64,000 nt of DNA, taken from assembly GCA_009693245.1 (NCBI GenBank), contig SHXO01000002.1, positions 6,280 through 70,279 of the forward strand, written 5' to 3'. Positions 45,367 to 54,540 of the stretch are shown one piece after another (position 1 is the stretch's first letter; each line of letters starts with the position of its first letter). Below the pieces are notes generated by a model. The model was not told the origin of the DNA and ran no database searches. It saw nothing but the letters and a program-made list of their open reading frames with translations. Position numbers and translations under genes: made by a program. This DNA is from Betaproteobacteria bacterium. Lineage in GTDB: Bacteria > Pseudomonadota > Gammaproteobacteria > Burkholderiales > SHXO01.

Positions 45367-45382
45367 GGCAATGCCAATGGAG

Positions 45383-45477
45383 TCCGTTCGCCCTGAGCTT
45401 GTCGAAGGGCGCTCTGCGCAACTCGCTGAAGTTAGAGGGTCCTCCGCTCATGCTTCGACAAGCTCAGCACGAACGGA
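45383..45477. repeat. Palindromic repeat element between msrP and msrQ
   Basis: tccgttcgccctgagcttgtcgaag / cttcgacaagctcagcacgaacgga arms, 23/25 complementary. Confidence 0.8.
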
Positions 45478-45501
45478 GGACTTAGTCAGGCTATTCCTAA
45501 C

Positions 45502-46149
45502 GTGAAGGCGCTGGCGCATATCAGCGCGGAAGACCTTCGCGCGATCAAGGCAGCCGTGTTTTTAGCCGCCCTGGTGCCTCTCGCGCGGCTGGCGTGGCTG
45601 GCGTGGCACGGCGGCTTGGGCGCCAATCCCATCGAGTACATCACTCGTTCGACAGGGTGGTGGACTCTGTCGTTCTTGCTCATCACCTTGAGCGTGACAC
45701 CCTTGCGGCGCTGGACAGGTTGGAACTGGCTCATCAAGTTGCGCCGTACGCTGGGGCTCCATGCTTTCTTTTATGGGCTGCTGCACTTCACCACCTATGT
45801 CTGGCTGGACCAATTATTTAGCTGGATGGATATCGCCAAGGACGTGGTGAAGCGCCCCTTCATCACGGTTGGATTCTCGGCCTTCGTCCTACTGATTCCG
45901 CTGGCTATCACCTCGACCAACGCCATGGTTCGCCGCTTGGGCTGGCGGCGCTGGCAGATGTTGCACCGGCTGGTCTATGTCATCGCCACTCTAGGCGCGG
46001 TCCATTTCTGGTGGCTGGTGAAGAAGGATATTCGCGAGCCATTGGTGTTTGCCGCGATCCTTGCTAGCCTTCTCCTTGCGCGCGCTTGGTTCGCGATGCG
46101 CAAGTCCGTTTCCGCTCCCGTGAAAACCTCTCGTTCGCAGGCGGCTTAA
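45502..46149 (+). CDS. msrQ: Heme-binding membrane subunit MsrQ
   Basis: GANP, TPLRR, RRTLGL, LAITS, WQMLHRLVY; downstream of msrP. Confidence 0.95.
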   Translation: MKALAHISAEDLRAIKAAVFLAALVPLARLAWLAWHGGLGANPIEYITRSTGWWTLSFLLITLSVTPLRRWTGWNWLIKLRRTLGLHAFFYGLLHFTTYVWLDQLFSWMDIAKDVVKRPFITVGFSAFVLLIPLAITSTNAMVRRLGWRRWQMLHRLVYVIATLGAVHFWWLVKKDIREPLVFAAILASLLLARAWFAMRKSVSAPVKTSRSQAA

Positions 46150-47285
46150 TGCAAATCGGCATTCCCAAGGAAACCAAGGACCAGGAGTTTCGCGTTGGAA
46201 TGATCCCCGCCGGGGTGGACGCGCTGGTGAAGGGCGGCCATGTCGTCCTCGTGCAATCTCGCGCGGGGGAACGGACGGGCTTCTCCGACGCGGATTATGA
46301 AGTCTCGGGCGCGCGCATCGTGACCTCCGCCCAGGAGATTTTCGCCAGCGATCTCGTGGTGAAGGTCAAGGAACTCCAGCCTCCCGAGTACCCTTTGTTG
46401 AGGCGCGGCCAGATCGTGTTTGCCTACCAGCAACTGGCACCCGACCCCAAGCTGCTGGACTGCGTGTTGCAAGCTGGAATATCGGCCATAGGCTATGAAA
46501 CCGTCGCGGACGAACGCGGCAATCTTCCTCTGTTGGCGCCCATGTCGCGCATCGCGGGGCGCATGTCGGTGCAAATCGGCGCATGGGCTTTGCAGATGAA
46601 CAATGGCGGAAGCGGCGTGTTGCTTCCCGGCGTGCCCGGCGTGCCACCCGCCAAGGTCGTGGTCATCGGCGCGGGTGCCGCCGGGAGCAATGCCGTACAA
46701 GTGGCCGCGGGCTTGGGCGCGGACGTGACGGTGTTCGATGTCAGCATCGACCGCTTGGCGCACATCGACGCGCTCTACCGCGGCGCTGTCAAGACCTGCT
46801 ACTCGATTCCACTACCGCTGGCGGAAGCCGTCGCGGATGCCGATCTCGTCATCGGCGCGCTACTGGTTCCGGGCAAGCTTGCACCCAAGGTCATCACGCG
46901 CGCCACGGTCGCCCGCATGCGCAAGGGGTCCGTCATCGTGGACATCGCCATCGACCAGGGCGGCATTTCAGAAACCTCTCGCATGACCTATCACTCCGCT
47001 CCTCTGTACGTGGAGGAGGGCGTGGTGCACTACTGCGTCCCCAACATTCCCGCCGCCTGCGGGCGTACGGCCACTCTCGCGCTAACGCAAGCGACGCTAC
47101 CCTATGCGCTGCGGCTCGCCAACCAGGGACTCATGGCCATGAAGGGCGATTTCGGTTTCGCCGCCGGGCTGCAAACGCACGACGGCCATGTCACTCACAA
47201 GGGTTTGGCGCAGGACACGCAGCGCCCACACCGGCCGTTCTCAGGCCTTGGCGCGGGTAGCGCAAAAGATTCCCAGAAGAATTAG
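46149..47285 (+). CDS. ald: Alanine dehydrogenase
   Basis: IGIPKE..E.RV, KVKE, LLAPMS, DIAIDQGG, HYCVPN. Confidence 0.9.
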   Translation: MQIGIPKETKDQEFRVGMIPAGVDALVKGGHVVLVQSRAGERTGFSDADYEVSGARIVTSAQEIFASDLVVKVKELQPPEYPLLRRGQIVFAYQQLAPDPKLLDCVLQAGISAIGYETVADERGNLPLLAPMSRIAGRMSVQIGAWALQMNNGGSGVLLPGVPGVPPAKVVVIGAGAAGSNAVQVAAGLGADVTVFDVSIDRLAHIDALYRGAVKTCYSIPLPLAEAVADADLVIGALLVPGKLAPKVITRATVARMRKGSVIVDIAIDQGGISETSRMTYHSAPLYVEEGVVHYCVPNIPAACGRTATLALTQATLPYALRLANQGLMAMKGDFGFAAGLQTHDGHVTHKGLAQDTQRPHRPFSGLGAGSAKDSQKN

Positions 47286-48128
47286 CGCGAAGGCCGCGCC
47301 TTGAATCCAGTCCACGGATTCGCCGAAAAGAAAAAAAGCCAGCAAGGCCGAACCCACCGGTTCTCCCAGGATGGAGAGCGCCACAAAGGTCGCGGAAACT
47401 TGGCGCACCGACCAGTTGAGCAGCGTGTGCCCGAGCAACTGCGGGCCCAAGGCTAGACCCAATATGCATAGATAGGCTGCCGGCGTGAAACCGGCCACGC
47501 CCGTGCCGCTCACCAGCGCGGCCGCGAAGAGCATGATGGCCGCCGCGCCGTAGGCGAGCCAGATGTAGGCCAGCAGGGAAAGGCGTGTACGTAAAGATCT
47601 GCCGATGATGAGATAGGCACTGGCGCACAGAGCGCCGGTCAAGGCGAGCGTATTTCCCAGCATCGGGTTGGCGGCGCGTTGCGAGGAGGCTTCCGGGCCG
47701 GCCAGGAACATGGTCACGGTGCCAAGCGTTGCGAGGCCGATGCCCAGCACCACCAGCAAGGCGAGCCGCTCCCGAAGAAAAAGCACCGATGCCAGCCCCA
47801 CCCACAGCGGATTGGTGGTGACGAGTGCCGTGCTGCTCGCCACGGAAGTGTGTTCCAGGGATGTGATCCACGAGCCGAAATGCACCGCGAGAAAGGCGCC
47901 CGAAAGGAGCGAGAGACCGGCGTCTCTTGCGCTCAGCGAGCGAAGTTCCGCACCGGCGTGGTGCCATGCGATGGGAGTCAATATCAACGAGGCCACGCCG
48001 AGGCGCCAAGCGGCGATGGCCATGGATGTGGCGCCCTCTGCCTGGGCTATGCGGATGAGAATGGCGGCGGTGGATACGACGAGAACTCCGGTGGCGAGTC
48101 CGCCATACGCCATGGCGCGATTATTCAT
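47241..48128 (-). CDS. DMT/EamA family transporter
   Basis: About 10 TM segments, HFGSWITSL, GPQLLGH, LGEPV. Confidence 0.88.
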   Translation of the reverse strand: MNNRAMAYGGLATGVLVVSTAAILIRIAQAEGATSMAIAAWRLGVASLILTPIAWHHAGAELRSLSARDAGLSLLSGAFLAVHFGSWITSLEHTSVASSTALVTTNPLWVGLASVLFLRERLALLVVLGIGLATLGTVTMFLAGPEASSQRAANPMLGNTLALTGALCASAYLIIGRSLRTRLSLLAYIWLAYGAAAIMLFAAALVSGTGVAGFTPAAYLCILGLALGPQLLGHTLLNWSVRQVSATFVALSILGEPVGSALLAFFLFGESVDWIQGAAFALILLGIFCATRAKA

Positions 48129-48168
48129 GCCCTCGTTCAAATCAGCGCGCCCACGCGCCCACTGGTGT

Positions 48169-48627
48169 CTAGTGCAGCTGCCCTGGCGGTACTGGCGCCA
48201 TGGGGAGCGCCATGACATCGATCCCTTCTTCTTTAAGTTCCTTCGCTTGTTCGACAGTAGCTTGGCCGCGAATAGCGCGTTCGGGAGCTTCACGGTAGTG
48301 AATGCGGCGCGCCTCATCGGGAAACTTCTTGCCCACGTCCTCGGTGTTCTTGAGCATGTAATCTAGCACCTTGGCGCGCAGTTCGCGAAGTGCTTCTTCG
48401 GGGAAGCGCGCGAGATTACGGGGACCATCGTTCTCCCGCTTCTCGCCGCTCTGGCTGGAACTGCAACGGCCGATGTTGGGCGCCGAGGGCTGCTTGACGA
48501 CTCCGTTGGAACCGCACACGGGACAGCTCACGGACAGAGCTTGCGCCTGCTCGTCGAATACTTCCGGCGAGGCAAACCACCCCTCGAAGGAATGGCTGTT
48601 GGTGCAGGCTAAGTTATATACGACCAT
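48169..48627 (-). CDS. DUF1178 family protein
   Basis: C...H.FEGWF, CPVCGS, TEDVG..F.DEARRIHY, L.EEGI. Confidence 0.88.
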   Translation of the reverse strand: MVVYNLACTNSHSFEGWFASPEVFDEQAQALSVSCPVCGSNGVVKQPSAPNIGRCSSSQSGEKRENDGPRNLARFPEEALRELRAKVLDYMLKNTEDVGKKFPDEARRIHYREAPERAIRGQATVEQAKELKEEGIDVMALPMAPVPPGQLH

Positions 48628-48710
48628 GGGACGATCTCTTATTCTCGTTAATCTCGTATCACTCTACTGTTGGCAACCTTGGAGAAGAATTTGATCCGCC
48701 AAAGCTCCGT

Positions 48711-48781
48711 CCAGGGGATTAACAAGGGGCCACCCCTTGTTCCTTCCTGGGGGATAAACAAGGGGAGCTCTCCCCTTGTTC
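48711..48781. repeat. Two tandem AACAAGGGG-Nx-CCCCTTGTT hairpins
   Basis: Perfect stems at 48721-41 (9 bp) and 48757-80 (10 bp or more), each preceded by ggggat. Confidence 0.8.
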
Positions 48782-49182
48782 GTAGCATGAATTTTGTCCG
48801 GCACAACAGTCACCCTTTTTGGTTTCAGCTGCGCCCGCTTAAGACTCACTCCGCCGGGGATTGTGCCCCAGCTCACAGAGGCGCGCAAACGCTTCCGTAA
48901 AGGTTGAGCAATCCGTGGTCCAAATGACCAACAGAAATGCTGCCGGCCCCATGTGGCATGCCGCTGGGAACGTAAGGCCTTGATTGGTCCGAACAAGTGC
49001 CTCTGGACTTGCACGCCCGGGGGCGCCATGCCCGGGCTTGCGCATCCTCTAGATTGCCGAGATTTCGGTTCCGGCGTAGATATTTCTCTTAATTTAAGGC
49101 GGCGCTAACGAGGGGAATTATTTGGTATCTCGTCACAGGCGAACGACAACAACATTCCACGATATTGAAGGGGGCTAGGATC

Positions 49183-49650
49183 ATGAGGAGGGTATTGGTA
49201 GCGGTGGATGGTTCCAAGAGTTCGGACCGCGCGGTGGAGGAAGCGGTCAAGACGGTCAAGCACGGGACCAATGCCTAAGTGCATCTGGTCAATGTACAAC
49301 CCAGGGTCTTGAGCGACGATGCGCTAATCGGTTTACGAAAGGAAGACATCGAGCGCTATTACTACGAGCAAAGCTCCAAGGCGCTGTCCTGGGCGGAAAA
49401 AATACTGCGCGAGAACAGCGTGCCGTTCACTTCTCACCGCATCGTGGGCCCGGCCGCGCAGAGCATCGTCGCGCAAGCGCGCGACCTTCAATGCGACGCC
49501 ATCGTGATGGGTACGCGAGGGCTAAGCCGCATCAACGGATTGAGCTTAGGCTCGGTGTCCATGAAGGTATTGCACTTATCCGACCGTCCGGTGACGCTCG
49601 TACGGGGCGACCCTCCCGTGGAATTCAGCGGACGTTTGAGCGCGAGTTAG
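49183..49650 (+). pseudogene. Universal stress protein (UspA family) with internal stop
   Basis: MRRVLVAVDGSKSSDRAV...NA*VHLVNVQP...DAIVMGTRG...LGSVS; TAA at 49276-78. Confidence 0.88.
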
Positions 49651-49765
49651 GGTCGGCTGACAACCCTAGAGCTCCAGAATCCAACGCGTGACAGCGCCGG
49701 TTTCCTCCTTGCTCAGACTCGCCTTGACGTGGCCCTCTTCGGCTTTGGACAAGGTAATGATGCGA

Positions 49766-49820
49766 TAGCGCTCGCGGTGCGGCTTGACCCCCAGGTCAAG
49801 GGCACCGCGAGGTGCGCTAC
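49766..49820. repeat. GTAG-type REP doublet (REPIN-like hairpin)
   Basis: Minus strand GTAG-cgcacc-tcgc-ggtgc; arms ctcgcggtgc/gcaccgcgag and cttgacc/ggtcaag. Confidence 0.65.
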
Positions 49821-50106
49821 GGGCGCCGCCACTATGTTATTGATCGATGGTGGGGAAAGATCGATTGCGCGCGCAAGATCATGGATTTCGAGAATCAAGT
49901 TAAGGTGAAGATGGATTTTGGGAATGTGTGGCCATCATACTGAGTTGCTAACCCATAAGGATTGAGGCGACGCGAAGCGTCGTTTCAATCCGCAGTTCAA
50001 GAAGCCCCGGGGGCGGACGGCGGTGTGTATTTGGGCGCGAGCCCGCCGAGCTGCTCGGCGCCGGATGAAGGAAGGAAAAGCAAACCAGCGGTTTGCGGAA
50101 GAGTGT

Positions 50107-50386
50107 GGTTCTTGGGTTTGGTTTGTGATTTGGTTTGGGTGTGGCTTTGGATGTTGACGTGCCCTCCCCTTCTGAACCGCCGAGTAACGCAGGAGCGAAG
50201 GGGGATGTCGCCGAGGACTGTTCGACGGCCGCGCGCTTTTTGCGCGGACTAGTTCCGCAGGCGCCCATCGCTTCGAGTAACGCAGGGTACCCTGCAAGGG
50301 GCGGGGCAGTAGGGGCGGCCTTTTTTCGCTTACCTTTTTTGGCCGCGCAAAAAAGGTGAGTAGCTGCCGGGCTACCCCCGGCGACT
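50107..50386 (+). repeat. Multi-stem structured repeat/ncRNA-like element with GT-rich leader
   Basis: Direct repeat cgagtaacgcagg (50181, 50274); hairpins cttaccttttttg/caaaaaaggtgag and gccggg/cccggc; GT-rich short repeats at 50107-60. Confidence 0.6.
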
Positions 50387-50444
50387 TTTCTATCCTGGTA
50401 GATTAACTAATCAGACGCACAGTCCGAGACTAATCAATACGGCG

Positions 50445-50483
50445 CCCCCATCCCAACCTTCCCCCGCAAGCAGGGGAAGGAGC
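50445..50483 (+). repeat. REP-like palindrome (same family as 473 and 13703)
   Basis: cccccatcccaaccttcccccgcaagcaggggaagg. Confidence 0.65.
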
Positions 50484-50883
50484 AAACAAGCGGTCATCGG
50501 CATTGGCAGCGAATGGTCACGCAGAGCTTGATCAGGCGAAAGTTACTCCAAGGCGCGGCGGAAAATCAGCGCGCAGCCATGCCGTCTTTCTAGTGCTCGC
50601 ACAGCCCTCGCGCAAGAACATGCGACAAGGAAGAACAAGGGAGCGTGTATACATATCCGGCACTTTGACGGTAAGAATGCTGCCCGTTTATGCAGCGAAG
50701 GCACGACAGATTCTCGCCCCGCGCGATTAGCGCTTATGCTTTAGCGGCTTCAAGAACCCCCAGCGATGGTCACGCGATTCTCATTGCCGCGCCGGAAGCC
50801 TGGATGCTTTCCCGGGGCCCTGGAAGAGACTCCACGGCGCGCGCGTCGCGAATTGCGGCCATGAACCTGTAGTGGCGTCTTTT

Positions 50884-50962
50884 CCCTCATCCCCATCCCT
50901 TCTCCCACGGGGAAAAGGGAGCGTCGTGCTCTCCGCCCGAGCGGAGAGGTTCATGGCTAGGT
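50884..50962 (+). repeat. REP-like palindrome with degenerate inverted partner
   Basis: ccctcatccccatcccttctcccacggggaaaaggga followed by ctctccgcccgagcggagag. Confidence 0.6.
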
Positions 50963-51219
50963 GCGCGCACCACTTGCGAGTCGCATGCCTGGCTGCGAGA
51001 CGTCCAAACCTATCCTTCGCAGGGTCAACCGCCAAAGCCCCGCAAGCGAGTGATCGCCATGGGAGATAGGCGCGGCTGCTCTTCATAGTGCAATGAGCCA
51101 CCGCCTGCCGCACGTGAGCCAAAACCATGGATAATTGCCGGAGTTACAGGGGCCGTAAAAAGAGTGAGGGGGCAGCAGGTGGCAGGCAAGGATTTATCGG
51201 CGGGGGAGCGGGTCGTCCA

Positions 51220-51981
51220 ATGGCCGTAGTCGCAGTGTTCAACCAAAAGGGCGGCGTTGGAAAGACCACGACCACGCTGAATATCGCGGCCTGCTTGGCG
51301 GCCGAGCATCGCGCGCCCTTGCTGCTGGATACGGACCCGCAGGCGCACCTCACCTTGGCCTTCGGAATACGCAATGTGCCGGGGGATAAGAGTCTTTACA
51401 GTTTCTTCCAGAACGGGAAGTCCCTTGAATCCCTGATCATGCGGCAACCCTCGGAGATCAGGCTCATTCCCTCCTCGCCCGAGTTGTCCAAGATCTATGC
51501 CTTGTTTGGCAATGATCCTTCCATAGCCAGGCGGCTCAAGGAAGGGATGGACAAAATGCCGGCGCAAGCGCGCTCGACGGCCCTGATCGATTGCTGCCCC
51601 ATGCTCGGGGTGCTGACCTTGAATTCGCTGCTTGCCGCCGACCGCGTGCTCATGCCAGTGTCGGCGGACTACCTATCGCTGGAAAGTATTCACAAGCTCA
51701 AGCTCGCCTTGGATGTGCTGGAGACCAGCTTGGGCCGAAAATTCCTGCGCCGCGTGGTGGTGACCAGTTTCGATGGGCGGCGTAAGCTCTCGCACGAGAT
51801 TCTGCGCAGGCTCAACGAAGCCTTCGGCGAGCAGGTATGCCGGAGCGTGATCAAGGAAAATGTTCATCTTGCGGAGAGCCCCATGCACGGCAAGGATGTA
51901 CTGGCCTTCGCGCCGTGGAGCCAAGGCGCGGCGGATTACCGCGCGGTGACCGAGGAACTGGAGCAGTGCAACTTCTTATGA
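51220..51981 (+). CDS. ParA/Soj family ATPase (orphan)
   Basis: NQKGGVGKTT deviant Walker A, DTDPQ, LIDCCP, LAESP. Confidence 0.9.
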   Translation: MAVVAVFNQKGGVGKTTTTLNIAACLAAEHRAPLLLDTDPQAHLTLAFGIRNVPGDKSLYSFFQNGKSLESLIMRQPSEIRLIPSSPELSKIYALFGNDPSIARRLKEGMDKMPAQARSTALIDCCPMLGVLTLNSLLAADRVLMPVSADYLSLESIHKLKLALDVLETSLGRKFLRRVVVTSFDGRRKLSHEILRRLNEAFGEQVCRSVIKENVHLAESPMHGKDVLAFAPWSQGAADYRAVTEELEQCNFL

Positions 51982-51991
51982 GAGGCTAGTT

Positions 51992-52462
51992 ATGATGACA
52001 GGGGTACGTACTATTGTGCTGGTGGTGGCTGCCTTGGTGGCCGCCGTGATGGTAGCGCCTAGTGCCCGCGCCAATTTGGGCGGCGACGAGGCCGAGAGCA
52101 CCGACGTGAATTTCCAGTCTGGGAAGGAAGCGATTCAAAAGCAAGACTGGAAGAAAGCCGTGGCGTTCCTGGAGAAGGCGGTGGCCGCCGACCCGAACAA
52201 CGCCGATGCCAGAAATTTTCTGGGCTATTCGTTCCGCAAGCTCGGGGACTTGAACATGGCCTTCCAGCACTACCAGGAAGCCCTGAGGTTGAACCCCAAG
52301 CATAAACCCGCGCACGAGTACATCGGCGAGGCCTATCTGATGGCTGGGAAACTCAAGGAAGCGGAGCAACATCTGGCTGAGCTGAACCGCTTGTGCTCGC
52401 CCATTCCATGCGAGGAGCAAAAGATGCTGAAGCTCGCCATCGAGGACCACAAGAAGAAGTAA
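51992..52462 (+). CDS. Exported TPR-repeat protein
   Basis: Signal peptide; DPNNADARNFLGY, AHEYIGEAYL. Confidence 0.85.
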   Translation: MMTGVRTIVLVVAALVAAVMVAPSARANLGGDEAESTDVNFQSGKEAIQKQDWKKAVAFLEKAVAADPNNADARNFLGYSFRKLGDLNMAFQHYQEALRLNPKHKPAHEYIGEAYLMAGKLKEAEQHLAELNRLCSPIPCEEQKMLKLAIEDHKKK

Positions 52463-53098
52463 TTGAGCTACCGGGCTGTATTGTGGGATTTCGGTGGCGT
52501 CATCACCACCAGTCCCTTCGAGGCGTTTTCCCGCTTCGAGCGTGAAAGAAATCTACCCGAGGGTTTACTACGACGGATCAATTCCACCAATCCCGGTGAC
52601 AATGCCTGGGCGCGCTTCGAACGCGGCGAATTGAGCCATGCGCAATTCGACGACGCCTTCGGCGAGGAAGCATTGGCCTTGGGTTATCGCGTGCGCGGGG
52701 CGCAAGTCGCGCAGTTACTCCACGGCGAGATCCGCCCGCAAATGGTGGAAGCGCTCAAGCACCTGCGGGGGCGCTTTCGCACCGCTTGTGTCACCAACAA
52801 TTTCAGCGCCAATATGCCTGTAAGAGAGGAGCGGGCGCGCGAAATCGAACGGGTCATGGGCCTCTTCGATCTGGTCATCGAATCGAGCAAGGTGGGCGTG
52901 CGAAAACCCGAGCTTCGTTTCTATGAACTGGCCATCGCGGCCGTGGATGTACCGGCGCGGGGGATCGTCTATCTAGACGACTTGGGGATTAATCTGAAAC
53001 CGGCGCGGGCCTTGGGCATGACCACCATCAAGGTCACCGATCCCGATAGCGCTCTCGCTGAGTTGGAAACCGTGCTGGGAATCGGTCTTACGAAGTAG
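52463..53098 (+). CDS. HAD-IA family hydrolase
   Basis: WDFGGV, TNN, RKPE, YLDDLGINLKPA. Confidence 0.88.
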   Translation: MSYRAVLWDFGGVITTSPFEAFSRFERERNLPEGLLRRINSTNPGDNAWARFERGELSHAQFDDAFGEEALALGYRVRGAQVAQLLHGEIRPQMVEALKHLRGRFRTACVTNNFSANMPVREERAREIERVMGLFDLVIESSKVGVRKPELRFYELAIAAVDVPARGIVYLDDLGINLKPARALGMTTIKVTDPDSALAELETVLGIGLTK

Positions 53099-53855
53099 TT
53101 TGGCGCGGCTTGCGCGGTGCCTTGGCGAATAACCGGTCGTAGAGAGCTCCGGGCAAGGCTCTCAGCAACACGCTCACGGCAGCCATCTGCCACGGAACCA
53201 CCGCGAGACGCGCATCGCGATCGATACACCGTGCCATGTGCCGCGCGGTTTCCGCGGGCTCCAGCAAGAACGGCATGGGATAAGGATTACGCTTGGTCAT
53301 GGGAGTATCGATGTACCCAGGACACAAGGTGATGACTTTAACGCCCGTGCTTCGCAGCTCGGCGCGCAAGCTCTCCAAATAGGTAATGGCGGCCGCCTTG
53401 GACGCACTATACGCACTCGATCCGGGTAGGCCGCGAAACCCCGCCACGCTGGCAATGCCAACGAGCTTGCCCGCTTTCGCTTGCGGCATGGCGGGCAAGA
53501 ACGCTTGGAAGGTGTTCACCATGCCCAGCATGTTCGTATCGAACACTTCGCGAAACACCCGCGCATCCTCGCTGTGTTCGGTGGCGGTACCCGTACTCAC
53601 GCCAGCGTTGGCGATAACGATATCCGCCACGCCGTGGCGTGCGAGGAACGCCTCTCCAGCCGCTTGCACCGCCGAGAAATCACGCACGTCGCACGGATAG
53701 ACGGAGCAAGGAACGCCCAGGGATTGGGCCAAGGCGTTGAGCGCGGGTTCGCGGCGGCCATGCAATCCCAATTCGCAACTAGGGTAATGGCGCGCGTAGT
53801 AACGCGCGAAGGCCTCGCCAATGCCGCTTGAAGCGCCGGTGATGAAGACCTTCAC
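53088..53855 (-). CDS. Short-chain dehydrogenase/reductase
   Basis: TGASSGIG, NAG, YSASK. Confidence 0.92.
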   Translation of the reverse strand: MKVFITGASSGIGEAFARYYARHYPSCELGLHGRREPALNALAQSLGVPCSVYPCDVRDFSAVQAAGEAFLARHGVADIVIANAGVSTGTATEHSEDARVFREVFDTNMLGMVNTFQAFLPAMPQAKAGKLVGIASVAGFRGLPGSSAYSASKAAAITYLESLRAELRSTGVKVITLCPGYIDTPMTKRNPYPMPFLLEPAETARHMARCIDRDARLAVVPWQMAAVSVLLRALPGALYDRLFAKAPRKPRQTTS

Positions 53856-54505
53856 GAAGACTCGGCGGCACGCTCCCGGCGGCGCCGGTCAACGAGTGTG
53901 TCCACGAGCGCGATGGTTTCCTTCGGGCCGCCGGCAAGCGATGGGGAGGTGAGGAAGCGGCCGTCCACGATCAAGGTTGGCACGCCTTGCAAGCGGTAGC
54001 GTTGTGTCACGCTTCGGAGGAGTTCCAGCGCCATGGCGATTTCTTTCGAATCCCAGGTTCCGCGGACCAAGTTTCGGTCCAAGTCCTTCGATTGCGCCCA
54101 CTGCGCGAAAGTACCGGCATCGCCAAGATCGGTGTTGTCGAAGTGATACGCATCGAATACGTCTTGGTGCAACCGTGCATGGGCACCCAATTTGAGTAGC
54201 ACCAGATAGACTTTCGTGAGCGGAATCCAGCGCGTGTTGCGAAGCGCGGGGGTGCGGACCAACAGCACGTCGGCGGCGCGCTGCTGCTCCCATTCGCGCA
54301 GATAGGGTTCGAAGGCGTAACACGCTCCGCAGCCGTAGTAGAAAAACTCCCGCACTTCGATGCGCTGGGGATCATCCACCGGTTGCGGTGGAATGGGGAA
54401 GAATTTCGGGCGCTCGTCCGCTGCTTCATCCGCCGCGCGCGCACCCAAGGCGAAGCCGAGCCCGGCCAAACCAAATCCCAGTATCTGGCGGCGGGCTGGA
54501 TTCAC
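53852..54505 (-). CDS. DsbA-family thiol:disulfide oxidoreductase (second copy, Tat-like signal)
   Basis: ARRQIL, EFFYYGCGAC, GVPT cis-Pro loop. Confidence 0.85.
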   Translation of the reverse strand: MNPARRQILGFGLAGLGFALGARAADEAADERPKFFPIPPQPVDDPQRIEVREFFYYGCGACYAFEPYLREWEQQRAADVLLVRTPALRNTRWIPLTKVYLVLLKLGAHARLHQDVFDAYHFDNTDLGDAGTFAQWAQSKDLDRNLVRGTWDSKEIAMALELLRSVTQRYRLQGVPTLIVDGRFLTSPSLAGGPKETIALVDTLVDRRRRERAAESS

Positions 54506-54540
54506 TGGCGGGCTTTATTCAGTAAACTTCGGCGGCAGAT

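Noticed and set aside
48711..48781. Possible mini CRISPR array
   Set aside because: Only two units, the gap is too short for a spacer, and there are no cas genes in the window.
50965..51150. c-di-GMP riboswitch (cacttg...tagtgcaa or GEMM-like pieces) upstream of parA
   Set aside because: The motif fragments are too far apart and the conserved stems could not be built; a covariance search would be needed.
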